Positions 24,490-37,872 of a stretch of DNA of 64,000 nucleotides are shown here, piece after piece. The translations under genes and the position numbers were made by a program. Within the stretch, counting starts at the first letter, position 1. The number at the start of each line of letters is the position of its first letter. The stretch covers positions 38,564,001-38,628,000 of the forward strand of contig OZ024743.1 of assembly GCA_964016885.1 (NCBI GenBank). Direction: 5' to 3'. Under the pieces are notes generated by a model. It was not told the origin of the DNA. It ran no database searches and worked only from the letters and a program-made list of their open reading frames with translations. This DNA comes from Eledone cirrhosa. Its lineage: Eukaryota.

Positions 24490-27400
24490 GATTCTTTAAT
24501 TTCTTCAAATAACCAAAGTTTCAATCACGTATAAAATATAAAATATCATAATACGCACAGAAGGGTAAAAAATATATATATACCAGCAAGCCCACAACGG
24601 ACGACATTGGTCTGAAAATGAAATTGACCTCTTAATAAACACATGGTTTTCTCTGTCCCAAACAATAAACATCAACGCGTCATATCTGAATGAAATTCCT
24701 GAAAAAACACCTCAAACATTTACCACGATATCTGCTAAGCAGATACACAACAAACTAAAATATGTAGAAGTCGCTTTCAAACTAACTCAAAACCATATTG
24801 AAAAACTTCGAAATATTTACTTCAATGGACAAACACATAAACAAAAACAGCCAGAAAACCAGGAGAAACCACTACTTAATTCAAGCATAATAGCTGAATT
24901 ACTGAATGACAGTATCCCTCAGCCACTCACTTAGCCATCAGTATCGCCATCACCATCATCACCGTCACCATCTTCTGCAACATCAACTACTAGTAATTTG
25001 ACCACTGCTCTCTCTCCCACCACAGTTGTCATCATCATCCTCACCACTAATGCTTTCTTCCTCCACATCACCACCCAGCCATGCCATACTCCAAAGAACT
25101 TATAAAAAAAATCTATGGAGCTGTATGCACCCCCCACTACTCATACTAGAAACCCCAAAATATGCCGCTACTCACTACGTCAGAGGCTGTGCACACGTAG
25201 CGACTGTATATTTACCCATTTACCGGGTACTAGGCGCACTAGCACTGCCAGCCAACACCAAACACGCTGCCTGCACGTATAGGTCGCAGTCCCAAAATCT
25301 GCCAATATTCCCAACGTGAGATGTTATGACTGCTGACTGACTGTCCCATCACTCATCTTTCTGGGACACAACGCACGAACAGAAAAGAGGCTCCATGCCA
25401 ACCCACAAACCACAATAAAGACATCCCGTGCTGCGGTAATGCTGCTCTAGTCTCCTCACAATGACATGCTTGCAACAACAAAAGAAAACAAAAGCAATGC
25501 TGCTCCAGTCGTTTCACAAAGACACGATTAGAACAACAAGAAGAATAAAGCTGCTCCAGTCTTTTCACAACGACACAATTACAATAAATACAACAGCAAC
25601 AACAAAAGAGGGAACTGCAAAGCTATCTAATGCTGTAACCCCAAATAAATCAAAAACTGCTCCCTGAACAAAAAAAAATCTTTCTTTTTTAGCCATGAAC
25701 CTGGCAAAAGAGATAGAGAAAAACATTTTAGCCATCACCCAACACCATCCTTGCTGTCACTAACACAGTCATAAAACAAGCCCCTGCAACACTCAAAACC
25801 AGCCACCACACTAGCCTCCACATTCTTACTCAATACACAAGGTTTCAGCCTATCCATCTATGCACAGAAATGGAAGATCCAATTCATTGAGGATTGGGTT
25901 GGTAAACATCAATTTCACATCCACTTCTTCATTCTTACTGAGACTCACCTTGGCAGCTCTCACTTGGAGGCCGAAGTAAGAGTGAGAAAATTCAAAACCA
26001 TCCGTGCAGATGGTGTTGGCAGAAGGAAGGGTGGAACTGCCATTCTTCTGCATGATTCCTTTACGGCAGGTGGCAACACAACATTCTCTAATGGATACTT
26101 TGAATCAGTCACTGTGCACAATAAAGCCAATGACCTGACATTAGTTGGGCTCTATAGGCCACCACAAACAGTATTAAATGCTGTATTACACAGTGCCATT
26201 CTAGCAACATACTTTTGATGAGAGACTTTAATCTCCCCTGTGTCGATTGGTTTACATGTAGTTTGAAACCAGGCTCCACAGCCTCAACCACTGACAAAGA
26301 GGCAGTCGAGTCACTTCTTGATTTCATGAATGAGTTTTTCTTGTCCCAAATTGTCCTTGCACCAACGAAGCATCAGAAGAACATTTTGGATCTAGTGTTT
26401 AGTAACCACACTAACACTATACATAATATTACAGTGGAAAAAACTCTTCTCTCAGAGCATGACAGGTTTCTTTGTAACCTGAGATTCCAAGAGCCGAAAG
26501 CTAATCCGAGGGTCCTCTCTCCAGCCCACCCATTTGATAACATGGATCTCTACAATGCCAACTGGGATGCAATTATGAACGAACTATCACATGTTGACTG
26601 GTCTTTTACACACACACACACTTCCACCAACATCAAAACATCTTGGCAGACATTTGTAGACACTGTCACAAATATATGTACAAAACACACCCCACCAAAA
26701 CCTGTGAACAAAACCGAGTGCAGTACCCCCCAAAACAGAAAAAAAATTATCAGAAAAATAAAAAGAACAAACACAAAAATTAACACACTAAAATACTGCC
26801 AACAGCAACACACACATTCAATGGCTATCGCCCTGCTTGAGTCAAACAAATATAACCTCCAGCAATGTATGATGACCATCATCAATAACCAGAGAATAGC
26901 TGAAGAGAGGTGGACCATTAAGAAAATCAAACTCAACTCCAAAGTGTTCTTTTCATTTACTAAAAAACACAAGGTAACCCCTCCACTGTTGGCCCCCTAG
27001 TTGATGAAAATAGCACACTCCAGGACAATGCCAAAACCATCGGCGAGATACTGCAGAAACAATACTGCTCTGTTTTCAGCAATCGTGATATGGCCGATCT
27101 GGGCCGTGTCAGTGATGTTAATCCCCCACACACTATATCAGTGATAAAGTTTGGGGCCCCTGATGCCTTAGCGGCAATAAACGAAATTAAACACAATTCA
27201 GCAGTAGGCACTGACAGGCTCCCTGCTTGTGTCCTGAAGGTGTGTCGACACCAATTTGTATCTCCTCTTGCTAATCTGTGGAGGAACTCACTGGACACTA
27301 GCTAGATTCCTGAAAACTTTCTGTCCCAGTCCGTTGTCCCAGTCTTCAAAAAGGGAAATAAGTCCCTTGCAATGAACTACCCTCCGATCTCACTCAGCTC

Positions 27401-28793
27401 TCATATTATCAAGGTATATGAGAGGGTGGTGAGATCACAAATAACTTTCTTGAAGCAATGGCCTGCTGAACTCCAACCAACATGGGTTCCGTAATGGAAG
27501 GGATTGCCTAACGCAGCTCTTGCTTAACTTTGACGATGTTTTGAGAGCCTTAGGAGAGGGCTCCAACACTGATGTCATCTATCTTGACTTCAGCAAGACC
27601 TTCGACAGGGTTGATCATAAGATTTTACTGAAAAAACTACCCAATGTTGGTGTCTCTGGAAGGTTACTACAGTGGATCAAATGTTTCCTGACAGGCAGAA
27701 CCCAGTATGTTGTGGTAAAAGGAGTAAAATCAAGCCCTGCCAACTTCAGCAGTGGCGTCCCACAAGGCACTGTGTTGGTCCCATTTCTTTTCATCATCTA
27801 CATTAATGACATTACTGACATCATCAAGCACAGCAACATCAGAACCTTTGCAGATTATTCCAAGCTCCAAATGGTCATCAATCAGGTGGGTGACCGGACT
27901 TGCCTTCAGTCAGAGCTACTGGTTGTTATCCAATGGGCATATATGAATAATATGCTGTTGAATGAGGATAACTTTGAACTAATCCACTTTGGGAAAAAGG
28001 ATGCCCTGAAACTATCATAATCTCTTCCTTCGGGTGAAACTATAGTGGCATCCAATAACATCAGAGACCTGGGAGTAATTGTGGACAACAACATAAGCTG
28101 GGCTACTCATATAAACAGCAATGTTGATATGGCCCGCAGAATGAGTTCCTGGATTCTTAGAACTTTCCAGTCGAGAGCTATCCACACTGTTACCTTCTTT
28201 TCTCTACTTTTGCCCGAGCCCACATTGAATACTGTTGTCCACTGTGGTCACCCCACACGAAATAAAGTATCATGAAAGGTGAAGCACCCTAAAGGTTAAT
28301 TAAAAAAAAGATAGATGGCATCACAGGCCTTGACAATTGGAATCGATTAGAAAAGCTCAAACTTAATTCTATCCAACGTCGCCGTGAGCGCTACATTATC
28401 TGTATGATGTGGAAAATATTCCATCAGCTTTGCCCAAATGATGTTGGAATTACCTTTAGTGTACACCCAAGATTGGGCCCCATGCTATCCGCCCACGACA
28501 AAAATCTCACTCGCATCACATAACAACACTACGTCACAATTATTTCACCTCAATTGAACTGCACTCTTTAACATACACCAAGACACATCAAAGCAGAGAC
28601 AGACCCCACAAGTTCAAGAAGTCTTTGGATACATTCCTTCAAGGAATCCCGGATGAGCCTCCTACAACCGGATATACCTCCGTATACAAATGTTTGGGCC
28701 ATCATGTCCAAACACTGATTTGTAAGACTTGGCAAGCTGGTGCTATTAAGTTAGACATGGCCTGGGCCAATACTGGCCGAAATCTATCAAAGT
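24490..28793 (+). mobile_element. Degraded, near full-length CR1/L2-group LINE (APE endonuclease + RT)
   Basis: Endonuclease: LTETHL, GRRKGGTA, LYRPP, RDFNLP, ILDLV, SEHD; RT: YLDFSKTFDRVDH, SGVPQGTVL, FADYSK; many stops and frameshifts; 5' boundary uncertain. Confidence 0.82.
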
Positions 28794-28794
28794 G

Positions 28795-31690
28795 CGTGCG
28801 TGTGGGAGGAGGGGGTAAACACGGGGCTAGATGCTCTATCAATTTATAAATTGGGTGTTGAGTTCTAGTCGATTATTGATTGGTGTTGTGTTTTGTGTAT
28901 AATTAGTGCTTCATTAATTCTAAGATTGCCGAGGTTTCTTTCCTTAGTTTCTATCCTAACTGTTATGGTTTTGCCGGTGTTTTTGCATTTAACTAGGTGT
29001 TTCTTAAATGAGGAAACGTTAGTATTGAGGTGTTCTTTTATTCTTATGTGGAGTGGTCTGGTGGTGCTACCTACGTAGAAGTTGCTGCATTTGTCGCACT
29101 CTAGTCTGTATACGACGTAAGCCAGGTGGTATAGGTCTGCGTCGTTGATAGGGCAGTTGGCTAGCCTGCAGCGGTTGTCATGTCTGGTGGAGTGTCTTTT
29201 AGTTAGCTGTGCGCGTAGAGAAGGACCCGAGTGGGCCAGTTGGATATCTACTCCCTCTCGGTTGATAGCTCTGCGGATGGGTGTTGTTGTTTCGTCACTG
29301 AAGTGTGGGATCTCCAGGAAGCAAGTATTAGTGCCTCGGGTGTGGTGTTCTTTGTTCTTTCTGGCACGGTTTCTGGTGGATGTCGTGTATCCGTTCAGTT
29401 TGAGTACTTCCAGGAAATGTGTGGTGTGTGTGTCTCGGTCTCTATCGTCGGTGCATTTGTTCCGGATACGTGTTAGTTCAGTCATTATGTATCTTATGAA
29501 CTTAGCGCCGGCTGGGAAGGCCCTCTGAAATGTACGAACAGGTCCTTGCTGGCTGCTTTTTTATAGAAGCAGGTGTGTATGTTGCTTTCCTCTGTTTCCC
29601 TGAGTTGGAAGTCCAGTAGGGATAGGGATCCGCGGTCATCGGGGTGTTCCATGCTGAACTTTGTACTGGCGTCCATGCTGGAGAATGTTGTGTATATTTT
29701 ATCCGGATCCTCACGGGATGATGTAAGGATGAGTATGTCATCTACATATCGGGTGAAGAAGGTATAGGAATGGCAGGTGTTGATGGCTCGGCATTCTAGC
29801 TGGTTCATGTAGGTGATGGCCAGCAGGCCCGAAAGGCTGGATCCCATGTCTAATCCTGTTATCTGTCTGTATGTGTGGTGGTGGAAGCTGAAGTACGTGT
29901 TGTCCACTGTGAAGGACAAAAGCTCGTGTATGTCCGTTGGATGGTGGCCGTAGCAGTGGATGTCCTCTGCGACCACGCAGTCCGTCAATAAATCGACAGC
30001 TGGATGAGCGGGGACTGTAGTGTAGGTGGAGACAACGGCGAGGCTAAAGGCGTATCTATTCAGTTTAAGTTGTTCTGGCTGGAGTTGGTGTAGTCTACGT
30101 ATGACTTCGTCGGAGCTACTGACATGCGCGGGAAAGGTGGAGAGTAGAGGCTTGAGGACCTGGGAGAGGAGACAGGAAATGTTTATAGGGGTTCTTCTCT
30201 TCTAGAGACGATGGGTCTTATTATTATTCTTGTGGGTCTTGATGAGGTGGTAGAAAGTGGGCAGTCTGCTATTTCTAGTGGTGTAGTTGAGCTTAACTTT
30301 ATTTGGGAGTTGTCTTCTCCTACAGATATCGAACCAGATGGAGTTGGTCTGTTTTTCAATCTGGGCTGCAGTCATGTCCGGGATCTCTGTATATAGCACA
30401 TTGTCGCTTAGGTGTTCAAAGGCTAGGTTGTTGTATGTGGCTTGAGAGATGACGCAAAACTCTTTACCTTTGTCGGATGGTAAGTATATAAGTTCCCTAT
30501 TCCGTAGGTTCTTCGGGTCGCGTTGTTGTGTCCTGGAGAGGTTTGGGGCTATCTTCTTCTGTTTCCGTAAGATGTTAAATACGGAATGTTTTAGCCTCGA
30601 GAGTTTTTCTTCAAGCTCGCGGTTGGCAGGCTGTGGACAGAGTGGGCGATCCAGTTGGTATATCGGGAATCTGGGTTTGTTAGATTCCGTGGTGTTGTTG
30701 CCGAGAGTCGATATCCATTTTAGTTGGTAGGCAGCCCGACAGAAATTCGTTTCTATGTCGAGCCATAATTTGTCGTCCAGTCTCTGTTTCAATATGAACT
30801 TGGGACCCAGGCTGAGGATGTCTAATTCCTCTCGGGAGAGGGATCCTGTCAAGTCTGTGACGAGGTGTTTTGCGTCAGGTGTGTTGCTGGTCGGGGCGCC
30901 GCTATGTTCGGTGTTGGTACCGTCTTGTTCGCCTCTGTTGGTGCTTAGAGTTGGGATGTTGTTAAGACGGCTAGCCGTGCTGAGTTTGAGATATTTTTGC
31001 GTTAGGCGTATTTTCTCGTAGTCTCGGGGATGGTGGTATGACCTGTCTATAGCGGCGGAGATAACTCTGGGCAGAGGTTCTGGGGTTTCAGCGAGTTGTG
31101 ACACAAGGCTGGAAATAGTCCGTATGTGTTGTTGTAGCGTGCGGTGTAGGTGTTGTATGAGCTTTCTTAGGCAGAATTTTTGTATGTAGCTAAGTGATCG
31201 TTTGAGGGCTGGTGATTTGAAGCATGTTGGTAGGTACAACTTTTTGATAGTTCTTGGGATGATGTTACGCAGCCATCGTTTTAGGAAGTTTATTTGGCAG
31301 CCGGCTTTGGCGCGCTTTTCAGATAGCTGGAAGAGTTTCTTTACAGTTGTGAACTACTACGCCTGGCTCAGGCGTAAGGAAAGGGGGAAGTTATAGTTCG
31401 TTTGAAGCATCGTGTAATGAGGTATAAACGTTTGTATATGTATAATAACGCCAAAACAATGCAGGTATGGACATAGAATATAGAATGCAAATGCAAAACA
31501 TATTGTTGACAATTAGTCTTTTACCTTAGATTTATTTAAATGTCCTTAATTTTCGAGATAATATCTCTTCTTCGGAGGGAAGTAAAGCGGTTAAACCAGT
31601 GTTCTAAATAGCTTGCCAAATCATGCTGACAGGAAATGGTATAGAGTATCTGTTCTATCTCTAATGTCAAAGAGTTAAGTTTAGGTGGAT
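28795..31690 (-). mobile_element. Penelope-like element (family 2), degraded, near full length, with upstream pLTR (about 31390-31690)
   Basis: Minus-strand pieces: LSLGPKF, PSDKG, FYHLIKTHK, GLDMGSSLS, RYVDD, VVYRLECDKC..YVGSTTRPLHIRIKEH; the upstream segment matches the element 3' end at 61270-61585. Confidence 0.88.
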
Positions 31691-31691
31691 A

Positions 31692-31755
31692 CATATATGT
31701 ATTTCGACATTGCATGACTCTAACGCAATTACAACATCTAAAACTTCCACACCTA

Positions 31756-31799
<44 letters not shown>

Positions 31800-31879
31800 T
31801 TATTTATATATATATATATATATATATTGTGTTAGTGTGTCTGTTTATGCGAGAACATGTACGTATATATATATATGTT

Positions 31880-31943
<64 letters not shown>

Positions 31944-32018
31944 TATATATGAATAGGTGTGGAAACTTTAGATGTTGTAATTTCGTTAGAGTAATGCAAT
32001 GTCGAAATACATATATGT
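31692..32018. repeat. About 70-bp inverted repeats around a (TA)n spacer (MITE-like or fold-back)
   Basis: CATATATGTATTTCGACATTGCAT..CCACACCTATTCAT is inverted at about 31949-32018. Confidence 0.75.
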
Positions 32019-33437
32019 TGGCATAGCACATAATCATGGAAAGAGAAACAGATTTAAAAAATCTCATAGCAATATTAACCTAACGTGAGTTGGCGATTTA
32101 TGTGAGAAAAACAAAATTAGAATATATGGAAGGAGTTAATATATAATAAACATTTGATGGTGATTTTATTGCTATAATCTTTCCGGTATTGTTCTTTAAG
32201 TACTGTTTTATCTAAACCAACGAATGTGACATCCTCATATATCTCTCATACAAGAAATCGGAAATAAATTTCAAAAGAATTTTGTAATTCCTTGTTCATA
32301 TTCTCTTAATTTTAATCCATTGCAGGGTTTGATTTCATGCTATACAATGTTATCAATTTAACTTATTGTAACGTTGCATTCCAGTTTCAGGGGCTTTTAT
32401 GGGTTTCTAGTGATAGCATTTGCATGTTCAACTTAAACGTTATTCAGCTAATGTTTTCATTACTTCCTATATCGTTTATTAAAGAATATTTTCTACAGCT
32501 GATACATTTACACATTATGTATTATATGATATCTAATTTAATATGAAACACGGCATATATTTATGTATATAAACAAGACGGCAGTGTCAGATGAGTAAAC
32601 ATACGGACATTCTAACTCACATGCACACACATTCACAAACATACACAAGCATATCAAAATATATGTGTGTGTATATATATATATATATAGATATTCATGT
32701 TTGTGTGTACCTTATATATATTTGAACCTTTGTGTGTACCTTATTATATCTGAGTGTACCTCATTATATATATTTGGAGCCTGCAGGAGAGGATAATTGT
32801 GATGAAGGAGACGGACAGGAATACATGTGAGCTATATGTATCATACAAATCTGAGCTATATGTATCATCTAAAAATACTTCGCATTATTTGAAAACTTAT
32901 TCGCTGCGATGTAGGTATTTAAAAATATTATTTGATAATTATAAATAATATTCAGATAAATCGGGTAAAGTATCTCTAGAGATAGATTAACCTGATAGAG
33001 GCGTCTGTGTAGAATCGAACAACGCATCGCATGAATGCCATGCTAACACATTTAACTATTACTTCGGTATATGACAGGTTATTAATGATTTTGCAATGCA
33101 GTGTTTATATTTTCAAATTCCCCATTTCTTTGTATCCAACATGATATTTACATTTCAGAACGTTTTCTATACACTCTTTATTTGTATGACTTTTACTCTT
33201 ATATTCTCGGATACGTTAAGCAGATTTAGTTAAGTATTCCACCTGCAAAAGCGACTCTAGATTTTCTTTTTAACTATGCTCAAATGCAGCCAACCTTTCA
33301 ATAAACAGATATTATATGAGGGAAGCGAAAGTGACCTTAATTAGGTGAACGATGCCATCTGTGTACAATGTATAAAAATGAAGGCGCTTTTGAATCAATC
33401 AATTCATGTCCTTTTCTTTCATCTGTTCGTGAATGAA

Positions 33438-33509
<72 letters not shown>

Positions 33510-33511
<2 letters not shown>

Positions 33512-34359
33512 TCCAGGGGTCCGGAGGTAATTTTCAATCATATTTTATTATTTGTTTGACCCGAATAGCTTGGTCGTTTCTATGGCTTTGCGGATAATGG
33601 TTGTAACCATCGTCTCAGTGTGTTTGGCCTTTTAACGTACGTTGTTGCTCTAGTTCACTAGTTTCTATGGAGCGCTTGCCACACATCTTGGAAGTTGTTT
33701 TTCGCTAATTTCGAATAGCCGAAATGCGATTCTCACTAATTTATATTTGTATTAATCTCCTGAGTCTAGCTATTGACCAGTTACTTTTTAAAATTTGTTT
33801 AGTTAATTCTATTGACTGATTAATAGCTTACGTTAATTTAAAAAAAAACTATTCTGTTGAGAGATTAATTCGTTTTGTGATACTTTGCAATTTTGCAATA
33901 ACCACACATACTGAATTCATCCGCCAAGACTAGGGGTTGTCTCCCTTCTAAACCCAAGGTGGGTTTAGATAACGATCAGTTCCTTAGCTTTGCATAGAAC
34001 TCAATGCCTGTTGAAAAAGTGACTTCCTTGTTCGATATCATACCAAAAGCTTGACATTATTTGTTTAAGAAGGCAGTACCTGATTTAGTAGTTGCAGAAA
34101 CCTCATATTGGATTTTGCCACCGTTTCCAGGGTCCGGGTATAATTTTCAATCATATTTTATCATCTGTTTGGCCCGAAAAGCTTGGTCGTTTCTATGGCT
34201 TTGCGGATAATGGTTTAACCATCGTCTCAGTGTATTTGGCCTTTTAACGTACGCTGTTGCTCTAGTTCACTAGTTTCTATGGAGCGCTTGCCACACATCT
34301 CAGAGGTTGTTTTTCGCTAATTTCCAATAGCCGACATGCGATTCTCGCTAATTTATATT

Positions 34360-34424
<65 letters not shown>

Positions 34425-36632
34425 TGAATTTGTTTAGCAAGATTCTTTATCTGAAAACGTGTTTTGAAACCGATATTGTTATGCTTTGGGAGAGTCATGT
34501 CGCCAATAGGAAACACACGCACCAGTGCTTTCACTCCAATTTATTATAAATTAATAAATTTATAAATTTAAGAATTTAAAAATTACCCGTTGGTTGGTTA
34601 GTTCCATAACCGGACGGTTGTTCATATATTGTCAACGTTCTTTTGTCACACTTTCTCTGAGCTCTTCAGTGACTGGGGATTCTGTTCTTTGTGTTGTGCC
34701 TCTCTTTTGTTCTGTCCTACGCCACCTTGATTTTGTGTGTGTTGTGTGCTTAGTTTGCGCATGTGTTACATCCGGGTGTCTGTGTGTGTTTTTATTTGTT
34801 TATTTATTTGTTCATTTATATGTTACTGGTTGTTTGTTTGTTCTATGTGTGTGTGTTTTTTTTAAATTTTGTCCTTAATTGTAAGTTGTGATGTTGCTAT
34901 TCCATTCATGTTTTCGATTTAATTTTGGTTGGAGTTCATTTATGTTTATTGTCCCTGTGATTTTTCTAAACATTGCGTCTTTTCTGTGTGTAGATTCTAT
35001 TTTTATTTCTATGTTCTCTAATTTTCCCTTCTGTTATAGTTTAGCATGTTGGTGGAGTATTGATGAATCTGTTTTATCTTGAAGTTCTCGCAAGTGTTCA
35101 TTTAACCGTTCTCCTATACTACTGACTGTCTCATCTATGTACACTATATTCTTATCTTTACATTGTCCTTCAGTACAACTTATGCTATATACTACATTTC
35201 TAGTTTTACAGTTAATATGGGGGCTTTGTTTACAGATTATGCATTTCTTATCTATACAGGGAAGTCTTTGAAAATACTCAGTGTGTTTGGATTTTTAACG
35301 TACGTTGTTGCTGTAGTTCACTAGTTTCTATGGAGCGCTTGCCACACAACTCGGAAGTTATTTTTCGCTAATTTCCAATAGCCGACATGCGATTCTCGAT
35401 AATTTATATTTGTTTATATATATATATATATCGTTTCTGAATTTGTTTAGCAAGATTGTTTATCTGAAAACTTCTGTTGAAACCGATATTGTTATGCTTT
35501 GGGAGGGTCATGTTACCAATAGGAAACACACGCACCATTGCTTTCACTCCAATTTATTATAAATTAATAAATTTATAAATTTAAGAATTTACAAATTTCC
35601 GGTTAGTTCGTTGATTCCATAACCGGACTGTTGTTCATAGATTGTCAAAGTTCTTTCGTCACACATTCTGTGAGCTCTTCAATGACTGGGGATTATTTTC
35701 TTTGTGTTGTGCATCTCTTTTGTTCTGTCCTACGCCATCTTGTTTTTGTGTGTGTTGTGTGCTTAGTTTCGGCATGAGTTACATCCGGGTCCCTGTGTGT
35801 GTTTTTATTTGTTTATTTATTTGTTTATTTACACGTTACCGGTTGGTTGTTTGTTCTATGTGTGCGCATTTTTTTCATTTTGTCCTTAATTGTAAGTCGT
35901 GATGTTGCTATTCCATTCATGTTCTCTATCTAATTTTGGTTGGAGTTCACTTATGTTTATTGCCTCTGTGATTTGTCTAAACATTGCGTCTTTTCTGTGT
36001 GTAGATTCTATTTTTATTTCTATGTTCTCTAATTTGCCTCTATGTTTTATTTCAGCATGTTGGTGGAGAATTGATGAATCTGTTTTATCTTGAGGTTCTC
36101 GCCAGTGTTAATTTAACCGTTCTCCTATACTACGAGCTGTCTCACCTATGTACACTATATTCTTATCTTTACATTGTCCTTCTGTACATCTTATGCTATA
36201 TACAACATTTCTAGTTTTACAGTTAATGTGGGGGCTTAGTTTACAGATTATGCATTTCTTATCTATACAGGGAAGTCTTTGAAAAGGGTATGTATTGCTA
36301 ATAAGTGTTTTTATACTGGTCTTTCTACTATCTTAATATTAAGTTTATGTTTATCTAGGGCCCTTCTAAATGTGTAAGCTAATTCACCTCTAGTGGTTGT
36401 ATTGATGAACATTACACTCTGGTATTTATTGCTAACATACAATGAGTTTATTCTATTAAACTTATTCCTAGTTCTTTCTATTCTATTCCAAAATTTGCTC
36501 ATATACGAGGGGCAGATCCCATTTGTATCATTATTTAAATTTTTTTCACATTTGGTTCTGGCTCCTCTATATACTCTGATTTTATATCTCTGGTTGTAAC
36601 CAGATTATACTTACTTTATTATCATGTTCATT
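33510..36632 (-). mobile_element. Penelope-like element (family 3): tandem, 5'-truncated copies with a C-terminal GIY-YIG domain
   Basis: Minus strand of 35.9-36.6 kb: NVVYSIRC..VYIGETARSIGERL..SILHQH..RQITEA..HEWN; duplicated at about 34.2-35.27 kb; terminal segment repeated at 33510-33750 and 34125-34362. Confidence 0.8.
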
Positions 36633-36859
36633 TTGTGTGTAAACGAACAGCCCAAATTAAGCCGTTCTGTGTTCGGCAACCATCGTTGCCCTTTTGTTCA
36701 ACGATTCATTTTTATCCATTTATCGTTTTCGGTACGCCCGGCCGACTAACTCACTCGATATGCAAATTAGCCGTTAATATGCATAAGGAAAGTATATACT
36801 TTCAAACGTTCAATCGATTGAAATGAAGGTATACGGTCAATCGATTGACAGGAAGGTAT

Positions 36860-36902
36860 ACGGTGCTGATGACAGCTAAGAAGGTAGAAATTAGTTCATC
36901 GT
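36860..36902 (+). ncRNA. Minimal type I hammerhead motif (stem II partly decayed)
   Basis: ACGGTG-CTGATGA-CAGCT AAGA AGGTA-GAAA-TTAG-TT-CATCGT. Confidence 0.7.
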
Positions 36903-37298
36903 TCCTCTGTCAGTATTGAACAAAAGGGCAACGATGGTTGCCGAACACTGTACGGCTTAATTTGGGCTGTTTGTTTACAAACAAACTGAACATGGTAATA
37001 AATGTTCGGTAAACCCATACGTACATATATATATATATATATATGTGTACATGTATGTATGAATATACATAGTACTGTACGTCTGTATACATATGTGCAT
37101 GTACGTATACATACTTATATACAAGTATCAACCGTACTAAGAGTGAGAAATGAAATTTTAATTTTTTTTTTTCCATTTATCGTTTTCGGTACGCTCGGCC
37201 GACTAACTCACTCGATATCCAAATTACGCTACTCAGCCGTTAATATGCATCAGGAAAGTATATATTTTCAAACGTTCAATCGATTGACAGGAAGCTAT

Positions 37299-37341
37299 AC
37301 GGTGCTGATGGCAGCTAAGAAGCTAGAAACTAGTTCATCGT
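37299..37341 (+). ncRNA. Minimal type I hammerhead motif (A9G core variant)
   Basis: ACGGTG-CTGATGG-CAGCT AAGA AGCTA-GAAA-CTAG-TT-CATCGT. Confidence 0.68.
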
Positions 37342-37625
37342 TCCTTTGTCAGTGGTGAACAAAAGGGCAACGATGGATGCCGAACACTGTACGGCTTAAT
37401 TTGGGCTGTTTGTTTACAAACAAACTGAACATGATAATAAATGTTCGGTAAACCCATACGTACATATATATATGTGTACATGTATGTATGCATATACACA
37501 CTACTGTACGTCTGTATACATATGTATGTACGTATACATACTTATATTTAAGTATCAGGCGTACTAAGAGTGAGAAATGAAATTTCAATTTAATTTTTTT
37601 CCATTTATATTTATAAAACCATATT

Positions 37626-37687
37626 TATTCTATTATATATATTTCAAGGGTACCAAAAACTTTGGTACGTTTTCATCAGATAAAATA
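37626..37687 (-). ncRNA. Type I hammerhead motif
   Basis: TATTTTAT-CTGATGA-AAACGTACCAAA GTT TTTGGTACCCTT-GAAA-TATATA-TA-ATAGAATA. Confidence 0.72.
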
Positions 37688-37810
37688 GTAAGTGTGTTTT
37701 ATAAATGTTGACATAGCCAGGGAACATACCTTAACGGTTGAAGTTTTCATTGGAGATATCAACGGTTGACGTTTTCCTTGGCTATGTCAAAATTTATAAA
37801 ACACACTTTG

Positions 37811-37872
37811 TATTTTATCTGATGAAAGCGTACCAAAGTTTTTGATACCCTTGAAATATATATAATAAAATA
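37811..37872 (+). ncRNA. Type I hammerhead motif
   Basis: TATTTTAT-CTGATGA-AAGCGTACCAAA GTT TTTGATACCCTT-GAAA-TATATA-TA-ATAAAATA. Confidence 0.75.

Larger units (their letters stand above)
36633..37608 (+). mobile_element. Non-coding hammerhead-bearing tandem element (retrozyme-like): two ~439-bp units plus a 5' inverted arm
   Basis: Units at about 36715-37172 and 37173-37608; arm 36633-36700 is inverted relative to about 36917-36985; one hammerhead core per unit; no ORF. Confidence 0.75.
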
